From contig OZ024740.1 in NCBI GenBank assembly GCA_964016885.1, positions 80,538,001 through 80,602,000 of the forward strand: DNA of 64,000 bases, read 5' to 3'. The notes under the pieces were generated by a model. That model did no database searches, was not told the origin of the DNA, and saw only the letters and a program-made list of their open reading frames with translations. Origin of the DNA: Eledone cirrhosa (taxonomy: Eukaryota). Both the position numbers and the translations under genes were made by a program. Of this stretch, positions 52,087 to 64,000 are shown piece after piece. Numbering within the stretch: position 1 is the first letter of the stretch; each line of letters opens with the position of its first letter.

Positions 52087-55000
52087 GCAGACAATGATCT
52101 GAATGCTGAGATAAATAATACCTGGAACAGAGATACGGCCACTGAGGAGATGAATGCTGACGGGCTAGGACAAGATTTGGTTGATATCCTAAACTTAGTG
52201 GTAGATGAATTGAACAATGATAGTGGGAATCCTATGAACCTAAGATTTGTAGACAGGAAAAAGTTAAAAGAAACAACAGCTAAGGTAAACAAAGTCCTTG
52301 AGGCTAGTGCAACAATATCCTCAAAGTCATCCCATACCTTCACCAGTGCAACAATATCCTCAAAGCAACAGCAAATACGGTGAGGAAACTACTTGGTATA
52401 AAAGCGAGAGGAAACAACAGACAAGGAGGATCAGAGCCTTGGTGGAAGAAACGACTGAGTGGTGAAATCAGGGAAATGAGAAATGGCATTGGAAAGCTTG
52501 AGTCCCTACTGAATGGGACACTAAAAAACATAGACACTAAACATAGACTGGAAATAAAGTACAAAACTAGGAGGAAAAAGCTAAATATTATCATAGAGGA
52601 ACTGAAGCAACGCATTGTAGCAAAGAGTGCAAAAATCAGGCGATACGAGAACAGAGTCAGTCAGTATAGACAGAACAGCATGTTCGACAACAACCAGAAG
52701 ATACTGTTTGGACAGCTTGAAGGGAAAGAAAGAGGCAACGACTTGATCTCTGAGGCGGAACAAACTAAAACTTTCTGGAGAGGAATATGGGAGCAGGATG
52801 TTAAACATAATGACCAGGCAGTGTGGATTGAGACAGTACAGAAGGAGATTAGTGAACAGGCACACCAACAAACTGATTTGAGTATCAAAGTTGAAACTCT
52901 TAAGGGGTAGGCCAAAAAACTAACCAACTGGAAATCACCAGGCCCAGATGGTGTGCAGGGGTATTGGATTAAAAATGTAACATCCCTCCACCCGAAACTG
53001 ACAACCATGTTCAATGACTGCTTGATGTCAGGTAAGGTACCAGAGTGGTTGACAAAAGGTACCACAGTTCTGGTAATGAAAGACCGAATCAAGGGTAATG
53101 ATGTTACCAACTATAGACCTATCACATGTCTGTCCGTAATGTGGAAACTGTTGACAAGCATTGTGTCTGAGGAAATCTACCATCACCTCCACACAAACAA
53201 CTTGTTACCGGACGAACAGAAAGGATGCCGAAAGAAGTCCCGTGGTACCAAGGACCAGTTACTTATTGATAAGATGGTAATGAGAAATTGCAAGAGGAGA
53301 CACACTGGTCTTGCCATGGGATGGATAGACTACAAAAAAGGCATTTGACATGGTGCCTCATTCTTGGATCACCAAAAGCCTAGAGATCTTCAAGGTGGCA
53401 GATAACATCAGACAGTTGTTGAGCAAAAGTATGAAGTCCTGGGAAACAGAGTTAACATAAGCTGGGAGGCGTGAAGATCAAGAGAGGTATCTTCCAGGGA
53501 GTTAGTCTGTCCACTCTGTTGTTTGTCCTTGCCCTGATGCCCCTGACCATTATATTGCTAAAAGTGAGAGCAGGATACAAGTTGGGAAAGGGAGAGCTTA
53601 CCACCAATCACCTCCTCTTCATGGACGATCGTAAACTCTTTGGGAACAGTGAGAAGGAGTTGGATGTGCTTGTTGACACTGTCCGCATTTTCAGCAATAA
53701 TATATGTATGCAATTTGGTATTAATAAGTGAGGAGTCCTTGTGATGAAGTGGGGTAAATTGAGCAGAAGCAACGGAATCCAGGTACCAACAGGTGAGATG
53801 ATAAAGGAAATTGACACTGAAGAATGATACAAATATTTAGGTGTTCTGGAGGCAGATGACATCAAGAAAAAGAAGGAATCGATAAGATCGATAAGATCGA
53901 TAAGATCGATAAGATCGATAAGATCGAGCGTATTAAAATCACATCTAAATAGTAGGAATGTCATAAGTGCAGTAAATTCCCGAGTTGTGTCTATTATTAG
54001 GTACAGTGCGGTAATTCTGAAATGGAATGTTGCTGAACAAAAAGAAATGGATAGGAAGACTAGGAAGCTATTGACTATCTACAACACGTTCCACAAGAGG
54101 AGTGATGTCGATAGACTCTACTTAAGGAGATCTGAAGGTGGAAGAAGTCTTATCAGCATAGAGGACTGTGTTCAGGTGGAGAAAAACAACCTGCACAAAT
54201 ACGTGACAGACAGTAGGGAGCCAATGCTCAGAATTGTACTGAAGGGGAGGACAATAGACCAGGGGAAGTCCAAGGAGGAAGAGCAACCTTCATGGAAAAT
54301 CCCTTCATAATACCTTCTTTAAGAAAACTGAATTTAGAGATCCACAGACATGGAACTGGTTAAAAAGAGGAGACCTTAAAAAGGCTACAGAAGGAATGCT
54401 AATGGCTGCGCAAGCGCAGACCCTCAGAACGAAGTGGGTGAACACTTAGGAGGAGGCTAGCCCACTGTGTAGGATCTGTGGAGAGAGAGAGGAGACTGTG
54501 GCTCACATTGTATCCGAGTGTAAACACCTAGCCCAGACTCACTATAAAGGCTGGAGATGTGATAGGCAGTATAAAGGCTGGAGATGTGATCCACTGGCAC
54601 CTATGCAAAGTGAACAATTGACCACATCCGGAGTAGTGGTATGAGCATAAGAGAGAGACGGTGATAGAAAACGATCAGGTGAAGGTGCAATGGGATTTTA
54701 GGATACAGACGGACAAGAAACTGGAACACAATAGACCTGACCTGGTGTTTTTGGACAAGGAAAAAAGATCGTGCCTGATTGTAGATGTAGCCTGCCCATT
54801 TGACACGAGAGTGCAAGAAAAGGAGAGGGAGAAAATTAACCGATACCAGGACTTAAAGTGGGAGGTAAAAAGGATTTGGAACTGCCATGAAATCAGAGTC
54901 GTTCCGATTGTCATAGGCGCACTAGGTACTATCTCAAAGAGTTTCCAAGGATGGCTAAAGGAAATTAGTCCAGCCCCACTTTTTGGAACACTTCAAAAGG

Positions 55001-55120
55001 CATGCTTGCTGGGAACAGCAAGAACCCTCCGATACGTCCTGAATATCTGAGGCTGAAGGTAGCGGCTTGATATTCATTTCAAATAAACTTTCGAGTTAAA
55101 TAACATCAATGACTGAGACT
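52084..55120 (+). mobile_element. R4/Dong-type non-LTR retrotransposon (RT, CCHC, restriction-like endonuclease), decayed
   Basis: NWKSPGPDG, NYRPITCL, WIDYKK, HLLFMDD, RLYLRRSEGGR, CRIC...H...C, RPDLV...IVDVACP.D...EKI..Y. Preceded by (TAA)n at 52028-52083. Confidence 0.93.
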
Positions 55121-55134
55121 CAAAGAATAACATA

Positions 55135-55470
55135 GCACCTTCTGTAAGAAAACAGAATTTAGAGATCCACAGACCTGGAACTGGTTAAAAAGAGGAGACC
55201 TTAAAAAAGCTACAGAGGGAAAGCTAATAGCTGCGCAAGATCAAGACGTCAGAACGAGGTGGGTGAAACACCATATTGACAAGGAGGAGGCTAGTTTACT
55301 GTATAGGATCTGTGGAGAGAGAGAAAAGACTGTGGCTCACATTGTATCCGATTGTAAACACCTAGCCCAGACTCACAATTAAGGCTGGAGACATGATGTG
55401 ATGGGCAGGGTGATCCACTGGCATCTATGCAAAGTAAACAATTCACCACATTCTGAGAAGTGGTATGATA
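55135..55470 (+). repeat. Partial duplicate of the R4/Dong zinc-knuckle region (54310-54642)
   Basis: Same sequence with independent lesions; retains RHDVMGRVIHW. Confidence 0.85.
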
Positions 55471-55561
55471 TCCTACGCTCTGCCGAAACTGCCAATTCAC
55501 GAAATAGTACTAAATCAATAATAATAGGAAAGATAATGATCATGGATGGTGCACTACATTC

Positions 55562-55627
55562 GAACTGTATTTACAAATAAAAGGAACCGCCATGGGCACC
55601 AAAGTAGCCCCAACATATGCAAGACTT
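55562..55627 (+). pseudogene. Short Penelope RT fragment
   Basis: Translates ELYLQIKGTAMGTKVAPTYARL, the PLE RT QxxGxAMG motif. Confidence 0.75.
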
Positions 55628-55925
55628 AAATTTAAATATTAAATTTTTAGGTTTTAATTCTTATTAATTCTTTTTTATTGTAATATTTAACATTTGATGA
55701 AATTTATTTTACCAACACATCGAAACCGGTTATACTTTATATACTTTATATACATTGTAAAACACTTTTTAAAAAGAATTGTCGCTCTCACTTTTTCAAT
55801 AATGCCACTTTGACGAATCAAAGAAAGGAAAAAAAAAGAAAAAAAGACCCTAAAATATATTTTCCGTGCTATTTTCAATTTCACCTTTTCTATATAACCA
55901 CTGGTTTGTATAGAACCCTACTTCC

Positions 55926-55985
<60 letters not shown>

Positions 55986-56239
55986 TTGAGTCGTAGACTA
56001 ATATTCTCTTAGGTGGTTCATAGAGATGAACCACCTAAGAGAATATTATTCTACGACTTTTTTTTATACCATAAACGTGGTTTTGTCTTTGCATGTAATT
56101 GTTTTTCACGGCTCCAAATAATGACGTTTATATTCGTTTTTTCCCGTTCTTTGCCAGGGAACGTTTCCACGAACCAAAATATCGTCTTCCTGTCTTCCTC
56201 CGGGTGCAACGTTTTTTGAAATATTCAATTCTGCGTTCA

Positions 56240-56313
56240 CAGATTGACTTTGTTAGTTTCAGAAGATCCCGTTAAGGGTGAAAGCAGCGATTCTTTGCTT
56301 AAACTTTAATCTG
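56240..56313 (+). ncRNA. Type I hammerhead with U4A core CAGAAGA (family E, best copy)
   Basis: AGUUU-CAGAAGA-U CCC GUUAA GGG U-GAAAGCAG...UUGCUU^AAACU, plus a distal stem I CAGAUUGA/UUAAUCUG. Confidence 0.78.
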
Positions 56314-56606
56314 TTATTTCAATTAATATTTGCTCTACGGTTCTTATATATTTGATATATATTTATCGTTATCGAGCCCTCTTTGGATTTTAGTCTTCAA
56401 ATGTATTATATATATATATATGTATGTATATACTGATGACGTATAATGTCCAATATAGTCGTAAAAGTCACATTCTCTTTGACGTTTGGAGTTAGTACAA
56501 ATAAATTAAATTACAAAAATTCAAAATAAATTCCCAGGATAACTATAAAACAAAAGTATGTGCATGAAGCATAACTAACATTTACAACCTTTATAAATAA
56601 TCTCAG

Positions 56607-56644
<38 letters not shown>

Positions 56645-56693
56645 GACACACACATACTCACACACACACACACACATACATACATACATACTT

Positions 56694-56742
<49 letters not shown>

Positions 56743-57279
56743 ACATATATTTTCATAAACACACACACACGTATATATTTATATATTTCTTGTGTGTTGT
56801 GTGCGTGTATACATTTACACATTGAATTAATTAGTTTCTACTAATTCTAGCATTCACTGCGAAAATGATCTTTACGACTGTACTGGACATTACACTATAT
56901 TTTGATTATTACTTGTGACTTTTATAGTTTGGCGTAACGTTCTGAAATTGGTACCAGATATCAGTTTTTGCTACAATTTCTAAATTTGTTTAACATGCAT
57001 TGATTTTCTGACTAAAGACACTGGGCTGCGGTCATGTGTGATAAACGTCCTCAAAGATTATATTAGATATTAACTATTATCGACAGTCTGGGAAGATATA
57101 ATGTAAAAACATTCGGGTGACTAGTGGGCCATCTAATTCAGCTCAAAATACGGCGGTGGAGGGGATTGTCGCTCCCACCACACAAAATGCTTAGCAATCC
57201 TACACATGTCAACCACCCTGGTATATGTGCATCTTCATTGAGAGTTTGCTTGTTGAAGTCGCTAAGATACATCCGTCAT

Positions 57280-58620
57280 ACAAAATGTCAGTTATTTTAC
57301 CAGTAGCCGACAATGAAGTCTCTTCTTCGGGTTTTCCTATCATAGTCCAAGGGTGTCATAATCTATTCTGTATGTTTTGTTGTAGTGTAGGGGCAGTAGT
57401 TCTATTGGATCGCTTTTAGCCACACTGCATCCTGGTTGAAGTTCTCTTTATCCTATATATTTCTCCAGAAGGAATCTATGTCTTTCTGGTATGGGGCCTC
57501 AGTGATTGTATTACATTGTCCTTCATATCTCTGTACAGTCTATAGTATAGATTGTTTGGTTTCGGTTGAATTTTTTATTTATTATTTTTCTTCCAGCAAC
57601 CCTCTTCTGCTATCGACGTTTCTCGCTGATAGCTCTCAATTCTTGTTTGAGAGTGATCAGCTTTTACTGAAATGTTCTGGTCGTACTGACTCCAAACATC
57701 GTTTTTATTTTATTTCTCATTCTTTGTTGGTGAGGAGTGTAGTGTTTTATTTTTGTTTGCATGTGGAAAGCATTGTCACAGATCCTATAGTTTTCCGTAG
57801 GTCAGCAATTCTTTTTCTATTTTAGTAATATATCATGATATATTTTGGTAGTGTTTTGTTTTTGTTAACATCTCTGTTATCACCAATATAATGTTTCACT
57901 GTCGTTACCAGGGCATATAAACAGACATCGATTTGCCAAATTGTAGAGGTTTTAATTTGTGGTAAATATTTGCCCCCCAACTTCATCAATAGCACGCAGG
58001 ATTTCATTATTTGGTTTCATTTCGTCTAGTATTGTTGTTTTATGGTGTTCCGAGTGAAAATTTGTTTAGAAATGAATTAATTTCTCTCCGGAAAGTTTTG
58101 CTGAGAGTATATTTCAATTTTTTATATTCTTGATTTACCCAGCTAACGGCAGATGTACTATTATTAACAATGTTTTCAACAACAGTCGAGGTATAATCCA
58201 TTGATACATATGGTTTCAAATTTCTTAACGGCGTTGGTGTTATGGGGGGGGGGGACTGTTTGTGTTTTGCTGTTTTATGTTGATGTTCAGCTTTGCTGCT
58301 AGAAAGGCTAGTAACAGGGCGACTGTAACACCGGTTGTTGACTACATGTTCGAGATACGTACAATGAATAATGTTCATGTTATATTTACATTTAACAAAC
58401 GTTGCTTTTTGGCGTAATTGTTTGACTGTGAAGTGATTTAGTTCTGGATGTATTTCGTCCCAGTATAGCTTCATTCTATTAATATGGCCACGGAGGGATT
58501 TTTCTTGACATTTTATAACAATTAAATAAATCATTATTAAGTTTGTAACTCCAAGAGAAATGCGGTTAATAATTTCGGTTCCTTCTGCAGCTACAATTAA
58601 CAAGATTTTCTGGATCTTTC
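57280..58620 (-). mobile_element. 5' fragment of a second R4/Dong-like family
   Basis: Homologous to 62300-63150; N-terminal RMKLYWDEIHPEL...QLRQKA. Confidence 0.75.
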
Positions 58621-58722
58621 TCGTTGTTGTTTTTCTTCGGCACTACACTAATGTTGTTGATGATGTTTTCAGTCAAGCAGTTTGTAGCAAATCGTTGTAA
58701 AATGAATTTACTATTTAGTGGG

Positions 58723-58753
<31 letters not shown>

Positions 58754-58868
58754 TGTATGTATGTATGTATGTATGTATGTATGTATGTATGTATGTATGT
58801 ATGTATGTATTTATGTATGTATGTATGTATGTATGTATGTATGTATGTATGTATGTTTGTATGTATGT

Positions 58869-59898
58869 AGAGAGATGACCCCTTAGCCTTTGTCAAGACA
58901 GAATTTTAGGAGAAGGAAAACTCTGATATAACACCTGCAACCCTGATGGTATCCAATGATGTTGACTTGTTCTTCTTTTTGGTAAATATCATCTTGGTTA
59001 AGAGAGTGGGACTGGCTTTGTGCAGTGCCTTTTCTCACTATAAAAGCTTCACAGCACAGGCATTGCTTTATATCTGGAGATCTCTCTCCACTTGTCATCA
59101 CAGGGTACAATGGGCCCAGCACTATGTGTCAATAATTGTCACAAGTGTAGTGTTTGTACCAGAGTTTTTAAGTCGCTGGCTGGACTAAAAAGTCACACTC
59201 GTAGGGGTTCTCCTACATGGATATAAAGTAGTGGCCGTACTCGAAAACGAGTTGGCAGCCACCATGTATATATGTATGTATGTATGGTCAGGTCACCTGT
59301 TGGTGCTACTGGTAACATGTATCCCAGTACAACCTGTCTCATGGTCGGATCGTTGGCGACTAAACTGGCAACTCCACCAAGGTTTCTTGGTGAGGAGGGT
59401 GACTTTGGACATCCTGCAGGTCTAAAAGCAAAACCTGTCAAAGGGCAAAGGAGCTCTTAAGAGTCAATGGCCATCCAAAATCACCGGGAGAGATGACCCC
59501 TTAGCCTTTGTAAAGGCAGAATTCTAGGAGAAAGAAAACTCTGATATAACACCTGCAACCCTGATGGTATCCAATGATGTTGACTTGTTATTCTTTTTGG
59601 TAAATATCATCTTGGTTAAGAGAGTGGGAGTGGCTTTGTGCAGTGCCTTTGTTCACTATAAAAGCTTCACGGCACAGGCATTGCTTTATATCTGGAGATC
59701 TCTCTGCACTTGTCGTCACATGGTACCATGGGCCCAGCAATATGTGTCAATAATTGTCACAAGTGCAGTGTTTGTACCAGAGTTTTCAAGTCGCTGGCGG
59801 GACTAAAAAGTCACACTCGTTCAGCGCATCGGTAGGGGTTCTTCTACATGGATATAAAGTAGTGGCCGTACTCGAAAACGAGTTGGCAGCCACCACCA
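58869..59898 (+). mobile_element. Non-coding element resembling an RTE 5' UTR, partly duplicated (58869-59265 and 59488-59895), inside (TATG)n; related copy at 19865-20160
   Basis: Direct repeat read from the sequence. CTAGGAGAAGGAAAACTCTGA resembles RTE 5' UTRs (recalled, not searched). Confidence 0.65.
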
Positions 59899-60299
59899 TG
59901 TATGTATGTATGTATGTATGTATGTATGTATGTATGTATGTATGTATGTATGTATGCATGCATGTATGTATGTATGTATGTATGTTGTACTTGTTTTATA
60001 ATTTCACAAAATTTTGCGAATAGAGAGAGAGAGTCGGTTTCTAACATAGACACAAGACTCGCTCATTGGAATATACACAACATCAACTAGGTAGATATGT
60101 ATGCATGTCTGCATGCATGTGTAGATATGGATGTTATTGTATGTGTGGATGTGGATGTTTGAGTTGTATGTGTGCTTAGTATCTGTACATGTGTATATGC
60201 AGTTATTAGATGCAACATCTTTGGAATGATTTACATATTTTTACTGTTCCATTAATGGATTGTACTTGTAATTTCCTATTAGTTGTGTTATTTTTGTTC

Positions 60300-63200
60300 C
60301 AATGAAGCTCAGCTTGTCAAGATTTGTGTTGAGGCAGTTACTAACATATCCTAGTGCCCCAATTATCACAGGCATAAATCTGAAGGCATAATCAGGGTGG
60401 AGTATCTGCAGATTTCACATCAGTTCTGCATACATATTCTACTTTTCGCTAATCTTTGATATTATATTGGCATCTGCTGGACAGCTAACTTCCACTACTG
60501 TGCATGCCTTCTTTTCTCTGTCCCATATCATAATATCTGGTCTGTTATGCCTGCATCTTATTGTTTTTTTTACTGGAACATTTCGACAGTACTCTTTCAT
60601 ATTATGTATATGTACGTCTTCCACATTGCTGTAGCTTTTAATGTGTTTATTATTGGGGCTATCTTTATACGGATTGCATTGCACAGTATTTTGGCCACTA
60701 CATCATGCCTCATAGATAGATAGTACCGCGATGACATCTTTGGACAGCTGCTTATGACATGGGTGACATCTTCGATGTTAATTCTGCAGAGTCTGCACTT
60801 GTTATCACATCTAGGTGTTTTGCCTGCATCCCTATCTCTTTTGTGAATCAGGTATTTCGTGTTGATTTCCTGTTCTTGGATTGCAAAAGCGTATCCTTCA
60901 AAGTGGCAGCCAATATAGCGGTTGTTGGTCCAAGATAGACTACTTTCCTTATCTATATTACTCTCGCTCTGGAGCTTCCTGGCAGCATATCCATGCATTA
61001 TTTCTTGCTGATAAGCATGCAGTTTTTCATCCATGGATTCACTGCGGTAAATCTGATCGACTTCCCTGGGTGTGAGATTTTGATTATCATACAGGGAATA
61101 TCTTTCTCATGATCTTATCTGTTTCATGCAGATAGACTTGCACGAGAGATGGGTTCCTACGCTTCGAGGTTCGTAGATCTTGTCGGAGGGATATGATGTG
61201 ACATTCAAATGCTGTCTGGACTGATGTTAGGCCTCTGCCTCCCTGCTTACGTTTCAAGTAAAGACGGTCTATGTCCCTGTTGGTGTTGTTTAGTATTTTT
61301 CGAGTTTTAACATCAATTGTTCGGATTTCGTCTATCGTCCAATTGCGTATTCCAAACGTTGGTGTTAGGACAGGCACAGCAAACACATTGTGAGCCACTG
61401 TTTTGTTGTGCGCAGAGAGTTCCCATGACCATATTTTTCTTAATATGGTGTAGTATTCCCTGGTTTCACGTTCCTTATTACAGATACCATTATAGTAGGA
61501 TATATTCTCATCTATCCCCAGGTATCTGTAGCAGTATTCATCAGATATCGGTGAAACAGTTAGGCCATTGATGACAATGTTGCTAGATTGGGTTGTTGCT
61601 TTTCCCCGCTATACAGTCATATATGAGCATTTATCTTGGCCAAACTCAATTCTTATATCCTTTGAGAATGTTGTAACCAGGTCAAGAATTTTCTGCATCC
61701 CATCTATGTTCTTGGAATAGAGTTTTAGATCATCCACAATAAGATTATGGGTTAGGTTCGTATTTATGTCCTCCTATGAGCCAATGGCAGGATAAATAAT
61801 ATCACAGAGAGACTTCAAATATACTTCTCTGATATTCTATTTTATCAGGGAAAATAGAATCCTCTTTCTTTGTCTTTAGGATGGTAGCCCAAGAAGAAGA
61901 CAGCCTCTCTATGGCTTTGATAATAACGTCTGGGACAGAATCGAAAGCTTTCATGTAGTCCAGCCAGACTGTAGCCACATTCCTCCTAAGTTGTTGCACC
62001 TTCGACATCGCAGTTTTGTTGATTAGGAGTTGTTCAGCACATACTCAAACCCTTTTCCTTCCAGCTGCTTGTTCATCTTTGATGATATTAGTATTTTTAC
62101 AGTGATATTGGCGGAATAGGTTCAGGCAGGCTGTATACATCTTACACATCAGGTTCTGGCATGCAATGGGTCGGTAGTTTTTAGCCAGTTGGGTGTCTTT
62201 TTTCTTAGGGATCAGTAATGTTTGTGCTAATGTCAACTATTCTGGTATAAGTGTATCTCCCTTAAGAACTTGTTGGTAGAGGTCGGTAAGATACCTCCGA
62301 TAGAATATCAGATTTTTGTACCAGTAGCCGACAATCATGTTTCTTCCTGGTGTTTTCTTATCTTGGAGTTTTCCTATCACAGTCTCAAGGGTACCCTCAC
62401 TTATTTCGTCTGTTTTTCTGGTAATGTAGGAGCAATAGTTCTTTTGGATTTCTTTTAGCCACACTGCATCTGGTTGAAATTCTTCTTTTCATCCCATATT
62501 TTTCTCTAAAAGGAATCTATGTCTTTCTGGGATGGGGCCTCAGTGACACTTATTATTTTGCCCTTTATATCTCTATAGACTGATGTTTGGTTTCGTCTGA
62601 ATCTTTTATTAAGCACTTCTGTTTCATCTACCTTCTTCGGGTATCGGCGTTTTTCGCTAACAGCTCTCAATCCTTGTTTGAGGGTGATCAGCTTATATTG
62701 AACAGATCTGGTTCTACTGTTGCCAAACATCGTCTCTATTTTATTTTTCACTCTTTGTTGGTGAGGAGTGAGGTCTTTTTGCGTTTGTTTGCATGTAAAG
62801 AGCATTGTCACATAACCTATGGTTCTTCGTAGGTCAGCAATCTTTTTTCTATTTTAGTTATATATGATGGTATTGTTCGCGGTGTTTTCTTCTTGTTAAT
62901 ATCTCTGCTATCAGCAAGATAATGCATCACTGTCATTGCTAAGGCATATAAACAGGCGTTGATTTTTGCCAAAATGTTGGGGTTTTTATCCGTCGTAAAT
63001 ATTCATCCCCTATTTCGTCAATAACACGTAATATTTCATTATTCGGTTTTTTATTTTATTTTTTTTTTACTAAATATTGTTTTTTTTTAATACGTTCAGC
63101 AAGGGAAATGTTTATACGTGAATTAATTTCTTTCTGGAAGATTTCATTGAGGGAAATTTTCTATTGTTTATACTTTCGATTATTATCATTGTCGATAGTA

Positions 63201-63330
63201 TTTTCCACAATAGTCGAGGTAGACTCGGATGTTAAACATGGTGTCAAATTTGTTCGAATATTATTATTATTATCGGTCTGTTCGGACGCTTTTTGCTCGC
63301 TCCCAGTAAGTCGCATTATTTTCCTGTTAA
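60300..63330 (-). mobile_element. R4/Dong-like non-LTR retrotransposon, second family, decayed
   Basis: NYRPIACQN, WLDYMKAFDSVP, RLYLKRKQGGRGL, CRLC...HVISSC, RHDVVAK, RPDIMIWD...VVEVSCPAD. Confidence 0.92.
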
Positions 63331-63554
63331 AATTATTTGTTATTAAATAGTTCTTGTTGTGTAAGGGATATAAGCCCTTAGACTTTGTTCTGTGAGGGGG
63401 AAAGTAAAATATTGGGGCCTTTTTGCCCAAATATTTGAACATTTTACTTTAAAAAAAAAAATTGTTTAAAAAAAACACATGGCTGAACCACGCCCCCCAG
63501 CAATATGTCTGCTGTCGTCTGACAACGGCGTAACAGTTGAGAGGAGGGTTACAA

Positions 63555-63915
63555 ACATTACTACAACAGACACCACCACAAACAGAGTGAACAAAGACAA
63601 CACTGAGAACACTAATTTCGAAAGATTTACCACACCAACTACAACAATAACAGCGTCAACCAAAATACAGACAACAGGAAAACATGACAACAAATGCAAC
63701 AACGATATTAACACCACAAACAAGAAAATAAACAACGACAACACCAAGAGCAACAATACAAATTGCACTGAAAACAACAAAAACGGTGGCACCAAAAACA
63801 CATCCAACTACAACAGTGATAACAGCAACAACACCAACAACACCGTTGGTAGCAGTAGCAACAGCAACAGCACCAACAACAAGACCAGTAGCAGCAGTAG
63901 CGGCAGCAATAATGG
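63555..63915. repeat. Degenerate (CAA/CAG)n low-complexity tract
   Basis: Read directly from the sequence. Confidence 0.85.
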
Positions 63916-64000
63916 TGCCGCTGAAACAGGGGCCACTTACTTCGCAGGTGTGGCCCGAAATATAGAGACAGTGCTAGTCACTGAGGAGGAGATGGCAGTC

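Noticed and set aside
55694-55735. TTGATGA ... GAAACCGGTT
   Set aside because: U3-G8 core, and neither stem II nor stem I pairs convincingly.
63466-63807. Hydrophobic 113 aa ORF
   Set aside because: It is the antisense reading of a CAA-rich low-complexity tract.

Overview
Eukaryotic, AT-rich, microsatellite-dense DNA made almost entirely of decayed mobile elements. I recall the tRNA-derived SINE seen here as an Octopus repeat, so an octopod cephalopod genome is likely (inference). No intact protein-coding gene is visible, and most ORF-track entries are translated (TA)n/(CA)n. Recognisable content: several Penelope-like element (PLE) fragments (RT and GIY-YIG), RTE, CR1, CRE and R4/Dong-type LINE remnants, a near full-length degenerate Helitron, SINEs, and many fold-back inverted repeats next to (TA)n tracts. 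The main signal not explained by the ORF track is a dense set of type I hammerhead ribozyme (HHR) motifs, about 20 copies in about 9 unrelated sequence families. Several carry non-canonical catalytic cores (U3-A8 covariation, U4C, U4A). They sit in PLE pseudo-LTRs and in non-coding, retrozyme-like repeats. HHRs in PLE termini are established knowledge; the variant cores, the family diversity and the recurrent fold-back breakpoints are the parts worth testing. All folds were paired by eye and none was computed.
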